Shown here: piece by piece, positions 1 to 11,634 of the stretch
Layout: each line of letters opens with the position of its first letter
Position numbering within the stretch: the first letter of the stretch is position 1
Assembly (NCBI GenBank): GCA_002633005.1
Contig: NMRA01000401.1
Location: 17,629 to 81,628 of the forward strand
DNA length: 64,000 nucleotides
Reading direction: 5' to 3'
Origin: Phoronis australis
Lineage: Eukaryota; Animalia; Phoronida
Notes under the pieces: model-generated
The model's database searches: none
Told to the model about the DNA's origin: nothing
Seen by the model: the letters and a program-made list of their open reading frames with translations, nothing else
Translations under genes and position numbers: made by a program

Positions 1-46
1 CGAGCGGCCAACCACGGCATAAGGAACTTGCTGGCTCTGAGAGGAG
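1..46 (+). CDS. MTHFR: MTHFR exon (partial, [15 protein letters not shown])
   Basis: Frame 1 reads ...NLLALRG; GTAAG donor at 47; phase 1. Confidence 0.9.
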
Positions 47-3000
47 GTAAGACTTGCCCTCTCATAGCTTTCTTACCAGGGCCACTGTGTTTCGTTTTTG
101 ATTTATTGTCATATGAATTGGTGCTGATTACCCTACACCTTCTGCCGAGAATGTATTACGCATTGTTAGGCAGAAGGTCTCTGTGGTCTAAATATTATTT
201 CCCAACCAACTGGAATTCTGAATGTAATTTCATAACAGTTAATAATTGAGAAGCCACGTTGCAGAATTCTTTGACATTACTGTCCCTTGTGCCACTGTGA
301 AAGAATTATTTCTTTCTGATTACAGATCCCCCTGTTGGTGAAGAGTGGAAGCAAATGAAGGATGGATTCAACTATGCCACAGACCTAGTCAAGCACATTC
401 GAGAAGAGTTTGGTGACTTCTTCTCCATCTGTGTTGCTGGTAAGAAGTCTTCAGTATTAAAGTGTTTGTATGCTCATTATTCAGTAATTAATATTGGAAG
501 ACCAAGTTGGCGTCACTTATAATAAAAACTTCTCGCCAAAACCTACACTGCAGTATGCTTTATCCACCCATGTATGGCGCTATATTCAGCTTGCAAGATG
601 CCTTTGTCAGATTTTGGGTTCAAGTTTGAAGTAAAATACAAACTAGGATGAGGATGGATTTATTCCAGTCTCGAACACAATAGTTCTTACAGTCAAGATG
701 GACTTGTCACTCTCTAATAGTCACGCTGTTTATACAACAGTGTGACTAACAGGCATTTTACTTAAAGTTATGGCAGTCCAAACTCATCACCAACACTTGA
801 AATCTAATTAAAGCTGTTATGAAACCTTCTATTATCGGAATCATTTAAAAGCTTTTAATTTATAGACCTCTTAACAGTGATCTCAAATTGTTCCTTAGTA
901 AAACTAGTCGTGATTTCTGGACTTTGAAATGAATAGTTCGTTTTTGCTTGAGACCAGGCATGATCTCGGGCAATAACGAACAGTGAGTTCTTTGCAAGCT
1001 CATCCCACTCTTCTAACCTGATCAACTTAGGAAAAAGTTGAGAGCAATTTTATTTTGGTATGTGATCTAAATCAAGAGATCGAGTCTTTTATGGTTTATT
1101 GCCACTTCAAGTTACAGTAACAGTACAAGGTTAGAGTGTATTGTTCATTAGTGTTTTACAAGACTAAAATGTCTGTTCATGTTTTGATGTAATATCCCAA
1201 CCTCTTCAGGCTATCCAACTGGTCATCCAGACTGTCCGACGTACGAGGAAGACTTGATTCACTTGAAGGAAAAGGTTGACGCTGGAGCAGATTTCATCAT
1301 CACTCAGCTATTCTTTGAAGCTGAGACCTTCCTCCAATACACTGAGGACTGTCGCAAGATTGGAATTACAGTTCCTATCCTACCTGGCATATTGCCTATA
1401 CAGGTAACATTATAACATACCTGCATTTTGTGAGATCTTTATTCTAGGCAACCGTATTTAACGTGAGCTCTGTTTTCTCAATGGTCTTGGGTACATACAG
1501 TTAAAGCCTAAATTTTTCCGACAAAATGGCTCAGGAATTCGCCGGCATGACGACTTCGCCGTCAAAGTAGTCTCGTCTCATTAAGGGGAATTTGCTAAGG
1601 TGGCCGAGCCGTTCTGTAATTGGAATTTTGCAGCCCTAATAATCTTTACCTGTTGTTTTTGCTGTTAACAGCTAGGGTTGTCACGGTACTTCATAACCTT
1701 AATGCATTTTATTACTTTTCATCACACCATGAGTTGTTGCTGGTATTAAGTATCTTTCTGCTTTTCCCGTGAAATGAAACGTCTTGTCTTTTAGGTGTTC
1801 ATTTTTATCTGAGAATGACAAGTCTTCTCATCTTCAGTTTATTCTAATATCTTTCAGAGTTATGCCAGCCTACGAAATATCACAAAGTTGTCTAAGATGG
1901 AGGTCCCCAAGTCTATTTTAGACGACGTTTTGCCCATCAAAGACAACGATGAAGCAATCCGTGCCTATGGCATTCGGAAAGCCACCAAACTTTGCCAGGA
2001 CTTGCTGGATAATGGCGTACCGGGTATACACATCTATACGCTTAATCGTGACGTTGCTGCCACGGCCATTTTGAAAAATTTGGGACTCTGGCAAGAGGAG
2101 ATCCAGAGACCGTTGCCATGGAAAACAACTGCAAATCACTTGCGGGCGGCTGAAGATGTGAGGCCAATTTTCTGGTCGACACGACCGAAGAGCTACGTTC
2201 ACCGCACGGAGAGCTGGGAAGAGTACCCCAACGGGCGGTGGGGCAACTCCTCCGCTGCTTCTTTTGGTGACTTGACAGATCATCATTGTTTCTACTTGGC
2301 CAGCAGCACTAGTAAAGCCAAACGGCAGAGCATGTGGGGAGAAGAGTTGACATGTGAACAGGATGTCTGGGATATGTTTTATTACTATGTTTCTGGAAAA
2401 GAGAATAAATCTGGGGTTAAGGTACGTGAGCCAGCTTTTGCACTAGAAGTCGGAAGTCTATTAACGACAAAAATCACCGATAGAACTATTATGCCAGCAA
2501 AATTCTAGTCGCAGAATGGTGCAGGTTTCTTACAAACATTTTTAATTCCCTTTTTATTTGCGATCATGAAGGAAGGCTATTGTGATGGAGAATTTGGCTT
2601 TTACCGAGCCATCATGACATTTTGTATGCATGCTTTTGGTGTGTGCTGTGCGTCATGAGTTAAAGTTCATGAATACAGCGTTCTATGGTGTAAGTTGGCT
2701 GTCTGAAGGAAAATTACAGGTGACCATTTTGTGCATGCGATTTTAATGCGACTTCTTGTTTAGAATGGTGAATAGATTGATGTAGTGTATATGAAGTATG
2801 GCCGTATGTAAACTTTTATGTCCACGCAGCTCTAATTAGGTCAAGCCGAAATCACGAACTTTAAACTTGAACAAGTCAAGTTAACGCGCTGAATCTTTCC
2901 GTTTGAAGCAATCAATGAATCCATTATGTCCATGATTGTTTACTGAAGATTTGGAAAAAGCCGAAATATCCCCTATATGGAAGCTCTTGCATAAAGAAGG

Positions 3001-6000
3001 GTCGAAGAGATCTTTCTGGATCGATTTGTGTCATTCTTCTGTTGAAAATGCTGGCAATTTATCAATATTCTCTGAAAATTAAACCTGGAATTTCAAGTTG
3101 TTCTGTTGTCAACAGTCTATTCCATAATAGCCAAGACGTTGACAAAGCGAAACATCCTTCTCAAACATACGAAAAGTCCGCGTCTGAATGCAGGCTGCAA
3201 AGAACAAGCCTCATTACACTAAACAATTGTTAATGATAACACAATCAATGTTGTTTCATAATGTATGTCGACTATATTTCAGGTTACCGAAACGCCTTGG
3301 AACTCTGACGACCTCGCACCAGAAACTAGCCTCATTACTGATAAACTAGCTCTGCTCAATAAACGTGGAGTCCTCACCATCAATTCACAGCCTAATGTGA
3401 ATGCAGCACCATCTAGTGACAAAGTTGTGGGCTGGGGCCAACCTGGAGGCTATATATTTCAAAAGGTAAAAAAGAAGTCAAGAATTAGATCTGATGAAGT
3501 CGTTTTTTATTTTAAATTTTGATACACGCTGCATGGCTTTGCTGAAACATGAAAATTGGTTGACTTTTTTAACAAACAGCTCCGTCTTCTAGTTCTGCAT
3601 TTGGTAAAACCACTTGTCGGAATGTTCATATTTAGAAATATAGAAATGCTTAGTTTAGAAATACAGCATGAAATCAGGCTAAGGCTAAAAGTCAGAAAAT
3701 CTCCAACTTGAAGCTAAAGTTAACGCACAAAAAAACCAATGCATGACTATGGTCTTTTTGAGAAAGAGGTCCCAGACTCATCAAATTGTCCTCGCCACAG
3801 CAGGTCATTTAAAGCGTCAGCATGATCTCTAGGAATACCAAGCTTGTCTGTATTTCGAATATCACAAGCTGCTTCTCATCAGGATCAGGAAGACATTTAG
3901 AGCAGTTTTACTGCGCCAAGTGGTCTAAATCAATATCTTTGTTTTTCCACCACTACGCAACAGCTTGTGATGACGGGCCGCTCCAAACCATTAATTCTAA
4001 ACTGATGTTTGTGTTTACAGGCTTACCTAGAATTCTTCACAAGTAAAGACAAGGTGGACTTCCTGATAGAAGAATTACAAAAACACCCTCGAGTCAACTA
4101 CCATATTGTGGATTTCACAGTAAGTTTGAAATGGGTACCTGTTCCATAGANTGGTTAATTCTCTGAACTACTCCTACACATGCACTCACTCGGATATGAG
4201 ATCATACTCTAACAAAGGCTATTGTGATGGAGAATTTGGCTTTTACCGAGCCATCATGACAGTTTGTATGCATGCTTTTGGTGTGTGCTGTGCGTCATGA
4301 GTTTAAGTTCATGAATACAGCGTTCTATGCTGTAAGTTGGCTGTCTGAAGGAAAATTACAGGTGTTCATTTTGTGCTTGCGATTTTAGTGCGACTTCTTG
4401 TTTAGAATGGTGAATAGATTGATGTAGTGTACATGAAGTATGGCCGTATGTAAACTTTAATGTCCACGCAGCTCTAATTAGGTCAAACTTTAAACTGTCT
4501 TGAACAAGTCAAGTTAATGCGCTGAATCTTTCCGTTTGAAGCAATCAATGAATCCATTTAGTCCATGATTGTTTACTGAAGATTTGGAAAAAGCCGAAAT
4601 AGCCCTACATGGAACCTCTTGCATAAAGAAGGGTCGAAGAGATCTTTCTGGATCGATTTGTGTCATTCTTCTGTTGAAAATGCTGGCAATTTATCAATAT
4701 TCTCTGAAAATTAAACCTGGAATTTCAAGTTGTTCTGTTGTCAACAGCCTATTCCATAATAGCCAAGACGTTGACAAAGAGAAACATCCTTCTCAAACAT
4801 ACGAAAAGTCCGCGTCTGAATGCAGGCTGCAAAGAACAAGCCTCAGTACACTAAACAATTGTTAATGATAACACAATCAATGTTGTTTCATAGTGTATGT
4901 CGACTGTATATTTCAGGTTACTGAAACACCTTGGAACTCTGACGACCTGGCACCAGAAACTAGCCTCATTACTGATAAACTAGCTCTGCTTAATAAGCGG
5001 GGAGTCCTGACCATCAATTCGCAGCCTAATGTGAATGCAGCGCCATCTAGTGACAAAGTTGTGGGTTGGGGCCAACCTGGAGGCTATATATTTCAAAAGG
5101 TAAAAAAGAAATCAAGAATTAGATCTGATGAAGTCATTTTTTATTTTAAATTTTGATACACGCTGCATGGCTTTGCTGAAACATGAAAATTGGTTGACTT
5201 TTTTAACAAACAGCTCCGTCTTCTCATTCTGCATTTGGTAAAACCAGTTGTCTGAATGATCATATTTAGAAATATAGAAATGCTTGGTTTAGAAATACAG
5301 CATGAAATCAGGCTAAGGCTAAAAGTCAGAAAATCTCCAACTTGAAACCAAAGTTAACGCACAAAAAAACCAATGCATGACTGTAGACTTTTTGAGAAAG
5401 AGGTCCCAGACTCATCAAATTGTCCTCGCCACAGCAGGTCATTTAAAGCGTCAGCATGATCTCTAGGAATAGCAAGCTTGTCTGTATTTCCAATATCACA
5501 AGTTGCTTCTCATCAGGATCAGGAAGACATGGAGATCAGTTTTTCTGCGCCAAGTGGTCTAAATCAATATCTTTGTTTTTCCACCACTACGCAACAGCTT
5601 GTGATGACGGGCCGCTCCAAACCATTAATTCTAAACTGATGTTTGTGTTTACAGGCTTACCTAGAATTCTTCACAAGTAAAGACAAGGTGGACTTCCTGA
5701 TAGAAGAATTACAAAAACACCCTCGAGTCAACTACCATATTGTGGATTTCACAGTAAGTTTGAAATGGGTACCTGTTCCATAGATGTAATACACTCGGGT
5801 AAATGCAAGATCACTCAAGCACGTGATCTCACTAGTGTTACGAGATGCTTACATCTGTGGAACTCCTCAACAGGGAAGAGTAGTAGATAGTTTTATGCTT
5901 CATGGCGTTGAAACACTAGTGGTTGTATTTCATTAAGAAAATCATGCACCCGTAGTCCCCACCCCAGGACCTTCAAATTTGGGGACCAGCATTAGTAGCA

Positions 6001-9000
6001 AACTGAGAAATGTATGATTTAAATGTACCTATTTTCATGTCAATGCAAAACCCAGCCATTAAGTCTAGCAATACACTACCCTTTAACTCTGTTAATAAGG
6101 TCTGAACATTGCTATTCATCACGTAATTCACCCATTTAAATGGGAGATATTGCAAGCCATTGCAAATATGAGGTGGAAGAGGTGACCTGGTTGAGTGTTT
6201 TGGTTTTGTTGTGGAAAAACGTTTTTCATGTTATGAAAGTGAGCGCCATCTAGGGATTCAAAAATAGGGTGTCCCAAGCCAGGTTACAGTTTGCTGTGAT
6301 ACTGCGGAGACATAGGTCTGGACAGGCAGTTGACCTGCTTACTATAGCTAGGCGTCCAAATGCTGCGCAAGGTGTCCAATTGCTGAATAGGATGACCTGG
6401 TTAGGATGTCTTAAATTTGAGTCTGGACGCTCTCTGAATGAAAACCTGGCATCAGTGTGTACCGCTTCAACATTTTGCACCCATGGGTACGCATGTGCTG
6501 TCAATTTTTGCACTCGTTGGCACTTCATGTCCATCGTAATGGAATGTACTATTGTTGGAATACTTAGAACCCTGAAGTATTGTGTACCATAAAGACATAG
6601 TGATATAGAAAATTCAATAGCCGTAATAAGCCAGTGAGTATTCGCTGTATGACAGCTTATTAATTTCTTGTAGGGTAGGTGTGACTATACAAACTGTGAT
6701 GAGTTAGAACCCATTGCGGTCACGTGGGGAGTCTTCCCTGGCAAAGAGATCGTACAACCCACAGTCGTCGATCCTGAAGCATTCAAGATTTGGAAGGTAT
6801 TTTCATTGCTTACAGTCTCTTTTCTCTTGATTTTTGTTGTATGGTTGTGTTGCTTAAAGTACACAGCGATGTGAAAACATTCTCCAAATACTTCCTGACT
6901 TGGGGATACAAAAATTTTGAAAAATCTTTTCCTCTTAGTCGTAAACAATTGTTGGAAACATGATCGACCAACACTTCAAATGGTTCCGGGGCATTTTCAA
7001 GAAAGTCTTGATGATGAAGTTAGTTATTGATGATTTTTGATCAAAGGATTATTTGGTAGAATCTTGTCAAGTTTGCCTTTAAGCAGCACACACTTCTTCT
7101 TATGTCACAATTTTGTTTCGTCAAGAGATTTTCATGGCTAGGAGAAGGTCTATGCAAAAGTAATTCATGGATCATTTTTTAATTTGTTCAGTTTCGATTC
7201 TGAATTGATAAAAAATCTATGATGTTTGTCTTCATAGTTTGTTTTGTGCGTTTCATTTTTGGTTCTTCTCATAGCTAAGTAAAATCTCACGACATTCATA
7301 TGATTATTTGTCCTTGAACATCCAAATAGTATGATCGAGCATTTTTGCACTTCAGTTCAAGGTCATTCTTTCGCATATTTTTTTTAATTCTCATGATAAT
7401 GTTTCCAAGGTACATCAAAACTCATTGACAAAAAACAATTCCAAGAAAATTTCAAAATTTTTGTGAATCAACGTGACCTTGAATTTCATGTGCTGTGTCC
7501 ATTTCACGTGCTGTGTCCATTTGTCGTATTGAAAAGTTTGCTTACTTATTATTAAGCTGGCGCAGATCTTGAATTTCGGCTGGTGGGGGGGGAGCGGCAG
7601 TGAACAAACGGAGGGGGTGCTTGAGATTCCTTATTACATCAATGTGACAATGACTAGTAATTTTAAATCTCTGCAACCCCCCTCTGGATCTGAATCTGCC
7701 TCTTTAATTTGTCGCATGAGCTTACAGTGTGTTAATGGACATAGAAGCATTTGGCTATTTTGTGGACAACTGGTTCTGTGGCTTGTAATTTGATCACGAG
7801 TGACAGCGGTAGCGACACAAGACATCAGGAAAGCACAGAGTAGTAGTCACATTGTACCATCTCTTTGCTCCTATGGCTGTCCAATAGAGGGAGCTATTAG
7901 ACTTCATGAAATGCAACTAAACTATGCCTGTATTTGCCTTGGTACTTTTCATAACTTTAAAAATGGGTTTATTTGTCGCCAACATCGAGAACTTTTTCCG
8001 TGGGAGCAGATGACTATGGTGGGCCAACTGTCCAATGTGATGAATCTCTGATTTCCGGCAAGAGTCTTTCATTGGTTCAAACAGAGCAAACACTCCCACG
8101 TATTGGGAAGATGCGTTTTCAGTTTCTGAAGTGGACTGTTGCCTCGTTTGTGATCCACTTGATGAAGTGTTGAGCTCTGCTGTCATTTGTGTCTTCACAT
8201 GATTTGGATGTGATTTGGAAACTACGGCTTATTCATATTTTGCAGCAGGAATTAGTGAATGAAACACAGCACATTTGCTCAGAGGGCTTTGTGTTGTGTT
8301 GTGTTGTTGGCTGCATTGCTCTTTGACTGCCAAAACATGAATTCTCTGGCATGGTATACTACTTTTTAATGAAGGTATTGATAATGCATGCACTCTGCCT
8401 GCATACAATAGATACAAATACAAAATACCTGCTGGTTTGATTATCAGAGTGTTAGCTGTACCTTTGTTATGGTATTTCATAACTCCCTACTTCCTGCTGG
8501 CCGCTGATGTGTATGTTGTCACTTAACCTTTTTGCACTAACTCTGTTTATCGTTAGCGTTGGGGACGGATACCAACATCCCAGAATGCCTCACTCTCACT
8601 AGGTGGCAGTAATGACAACTGGGTACCGCTGAGGTATTCGCAGATAACACCATGTTCTATTTGTTAGCTTGACACACAGCACTATGTTGCTGGTGAGGTC
8701 TTGTGCTGCCTTAAAACAATGTCCACATTGCATGGTAAAACCTGCGATCAGTCTGTTTTATAATTTGGCATGTTGCCATTTTTGGACGAATTGTACGTTT
8801 TTGCGGCTTCTAGTGGCCATTTTATGATACAAATAAATAACCCTAAAACCACACCATTTGTGATACATGCGTGGGCGCATTTCAATGCTCCGCGTTGCTC
8901 TTGTTATCAAAATGAGTTTCTGAAGAAAATCAATGTTTTTGATTCTCAGGCTAATGTGGACTTGTTTTAAAGCATGAATCTGTTATCCAAATAAATGCTG

Positions 9001-11634
9001 TTATCAAAGATTCTAAGGATTCCTTTCAGTCCTTGGTATCTCACAACTATGCGGTATTGCGAGTTTTGATGAATCATTTGCAGCATGTAAAAATGTTGTC
9101 CGTACATATATGTGACTGCAGCAGTTCCTTCCTCATGGCATGTAGTCGCACAAGGGAATTTCATGACTTGGTGCAAACTAGGCAAAACTTTTTCAGTCAT
9201 AAAACGAAATTTATAGACCTTTCAGTCAGTATGCCGAATTCAACTGAATGGATAAATTGCGTATTGTTAAGACGTAATTGTTTAAGTGAAACAAACTGGT
9301 TCATGCACTTCCCCATGTGACGTATCATAAAACTTAATGATCCGTTGTAACCCGTCTTCGTCAGGGTCGTAAGTCTAGTCTTACCTGAGATGGTTGAAAC
9401 ATGGAATTTAATTCATATGTAGATCATTACCACGGGCAAGTTATTAATCTCACGCCGGTTGAAACATTTTGCTTATGCTAGAAACATAGCATCCCATTCG
9501 CACTAATACACCTGTGGCCATCTTGGCTACGACTGGACGTCCGACCTTTGATAATGCGGGCCCCTAACTTTTATGTTATAGTATACTCTTGAGGCATGAA
9601 CTTTGGGTACAGGGGACTGCTGTCGACACATAATTCACAAGCCTGTTGTACAAAAAGTTTCATATTGTTTCTTCCTTGGCCTTGTGGTTATTTCCTCACG
9701 TTGATCCCACGACACGGTTTTGGGTGAATTTTTTCATCTCCGCAGTGTCAAAAGTCTTCAAACAAAAATTTAATATTGAATGTCTGCTTGAGAATTATGG
9801 AGATAGAATTGTATCTCTAAGCATTTCATCAAAATTCGCAATATTGAATTGATGATTATAAGGCCAATTATTCGAACTCGGTCAATGCCGGTAATCAGTT
9901 CCTTCTTCGAGTCCTTGAGTGTTCAAGATAAGCTTGCCCCATTAGTTTTCTTTTATATACTACCGTTTGCTAACAGATGAACAATTCTCACTAGAAGTCA
10001 TTTTGAACTAAAGTATCCATCTACTAGATCTTTAGGTGACAATGTTTTAGTTGAATGCATTTGATAAGATATACCAATTTAATCTTTCTGTAATTTTGTC
10101 GTTGATTCTTTTCTTATTAATTCAATGGAGTCGCCCAATTATCATTTTTTCCCATTTGCGCACTCATGACTCGTAGTTATGTAAGGACATCACTCACCCG
10201 GTTTTCTGTATTTTAGGACGAGGCGTTCCAACTGTGGATAGAAACATGGGCTAAGTTGTACCCCGAGGGATCCAAGTCGAGTGATGTCATCCACGACATC
10301 CACGACAACTACTACTTAGTGAACTTGGTGGATAACGACTTCCCGCTCGAGTGCTGTCTGTGGGATGTGGTAGAGAACACATTGAAGGTGTACGAATCCA
10401 AGATGGCTGCCACACAATGTAATGGCTCTCACAAAGAGGAAGAGACTGGGCGTGAGTGTTTACAGCTCTGTTATTTGTGACCATTACAAAATTATATAAT
10501 TAGGGCTGTTCCAGCAAAATCTGTATGGGAGGGGGGGAAGGCACTTTTATTTCGTACCCACCGCCCATATTTTTCATTTATTTCTCCAACCCATGACCCA
10601 TAATTTTTTAATTATTTTTAATAGGTTAAAATATAAAATCCAACACTTGCAAACAAATTGCCTCCAGGAGGACCTGTTAAGAACTTAGATGATTGACATA
10701 CAAGAACTAGTTGTCTTGTCCAATATTGTCAAAAACTAAAGTAGCCTGTGAGCAATACTTTTGGCAGCCACCAGGTGTCTCTGTTCANCCCGCTCGAGTG
10801 TTGTCTGTGGGATGTGGTAGAGAACACATTGAAGGTGTACGAATCCAAGATGGCTGCCACACAATGTAATGGCTCTCACAAAGAGGAAGAGACTGGGCGT
10901 GAGTGTTTACAGCTCTGTTATTTGTGACCATTACAAAATTATATAATAATACATTAAACTTCACCATTTTTGAAATGGGATGTCCCATGTTAAAAATTGT
11001 ATTACAAAGGCGGATCCAGGATTTTTTAAAAAAGGGGGTCAAAGTCAACAATTTGAAAGTGCTATATTTGGTGTCACTAAAATCAAGGGAAAAGGAGGGA
11101 TCCGGAACCCATACCCCCCACCCGGGGGGCCCATATTTCTTTGTCTTGTGCTGGTCCGCATTGCTTTGTTGTCACATTATTTCTACTTTAAAGTCAAACT
11201 TACAAGTAAAGGACCCAACTGCTGGGTCATTTCATGAAAGGTGGCTTTTAAATCTTAAAGAACTTAAGACAAAAATTTGGTCTTGCGCTTCACTCAAATC
11301 TCACTTTGTTTTAAAATAGAAAATCTTTGAGAATATGCCCATTACTTCTAGTTGGTGAGATGTCTATACGACTATTCCTGAAGAATTATTAAATCTCACT
11401 TTGTATGAATTATTTTTAGATTGTGATTACAATGCTAATTGTTCGTTCAGTAATTGTGAATTGTGAGCAGAAGAACAAATTTCTGTCGTAAGTCACTTTT
11501 CATGAAACACTCTCCTGGACATTTTCTGGCACAGCTCATCCACAGGACCACTGTATGCTAATTGCTGTAAGTTATTTATTTTGCACGAACTTAGATATCT
11601 AAAATCCATCCCCTTTTCAGCAATGTTCTACTGA
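1..11634 (+). CDS. MTHFR: Methylenetetrahydrofolate reductase, 5'-partial multi-exon gene
   Basis: GT-AG exons with consistent phase: 1-46, 326-439, 1210-1403, 1858-2421, 3283-3465 (copy 4917-5099), 4021-4119 (copy 5655-5753), 6674-6796, 10217-10451, probable terminal 11621-11634 (or unspliced stop at 10480). Translation gives MTHFR motifs [108 protein letters not shown]. Confidence 0.96.
326..439 (+). CDS. MTHFR: MTHFR exon (DPPVGEEW...FSICVA)
   Basis: TTACAG acceptor, GTAAG donor; [13 protein letters not shown] motif. Confidence 0.93.
1210..1403 (+). CDS. MTHFR: MTHFR exon (GYPTGHP...PGILPIQ)
   Basis: CTTCAG acceptor, GTAAC donor; [15 protein letters not shown] motif. Confidence 0.95.
1858..2421 (+). 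CDS. MTHFR: MTHFR exon (end of catalytic domain, linker, start of regulatory domain)
   Basis: TTTCAG acceptor, GTACGT donor; largely overlaps ORF 1888-2508; EDVRPIFW and YPNGRWG motifs. Confidence 0.96.
3283..3465 (+). CDS. MTHFR: MTHFR regulatory-domain exon, copy 1
   Basis: VTETPW...TINSQP...GGYIFQK; 183 nt, phase 0-0. Confidence 0.9.
4021..4119 (+). CDS. MTHFR: MTHFR exon AYLEFF...VDFT, copy 1
   Basis: TTACAG acceptor, GTAAG donor; 99 nt. Confidence 0.9.
4917..5099 (+). CDS. MTHFR: MTHFR regulatory-domain exon, copy 2 (probable second haplotype)
   Basis: Same peptide as 3283-3465 with 10 synonymous substitutions. Confidence 0.85.
5655..5753 (+). CDS. MTHFR: MTHFR exon AYLEFF...VDFT, copy 2
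   Basis: Identical to 4021-4119. Confidence 0.85.
6674..6796 (+). CDS. MTHFR: MTHFR exon (GRCDYTN...[27 protein letters not shown])
   Basis: TTGTAG acceptor, GTATTT donor; 123 nt. Confidence 0.95.
8557..8633 (+). other. Candidate 77-nt frame-shifting cassette (poison) exon of MTHFR
   Basis: CACTAAC branch point 8535-8541, pyrimidine-rich tract, TTAG acceptor, GAG|GTATTC donor; TGCATG motifs at 8385 and 8729. Confidence 0.45.
10217..10480 (+). CDS. MTHFR: MTHFR C-terminal exon (DEAFQLW...[11 protein letters not shown]...)
   Basis: TTTTAG acceptor; runs to TGA at 10478-10480 if unspliced, but a GTGAGT donor lies at 10452. Confidence 0.92.
   Translation, partial: DEAFQLWIETWAKLYPEGSKSSDVIHDIHDNYYLVNLVDNDFPLECCLWDVVENTLKVYESKMAATQCNGSHKEEETGRECLQLCYL
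10789..10947 (+). repeat. Duplicate of 10342-10500 following the N at 10788
   Basis: Direct repeat of the MTHFR exon 3' half with one C/T difference seen. Confidence 0.9.
11621..11634 (+). CDS. MTHFR: Probable terminal coding exon of MTHFR (P-M-F-Y-stop)
   Basis: CCCCTTTTCAG acceptor; joined to the phase-1 donor at 10452 it gives PMFY*; the transposon-rich 10500-11520 segment then falls in an intron. Confidence 0.55.

Larger units (their letters stand above)
2574..5784 (+). repeat. About 1.6-kb tandem duplication across an N (2574-4150 vs about 4215-5784)
   Basis: Near-identical intron and exon sequence on both sides of the single N at 4151. Confidence 0.9.

Noticed and set aside
321-330. 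TACAGA at an MTHFR acceptor as a METTL16 site
   Set aside because: It reads UACAGAUCC, not UACAGARAA, and I saw no supporting hairpin.
3825-3885. Minus-strand CUGAUGA...GAAA hammerhead-like pattern in an MTHFR intron
   Set aside because: Helix I cannot form next to the cleavage site, helix II is 3 bp, and the second copy breaks its first pair.
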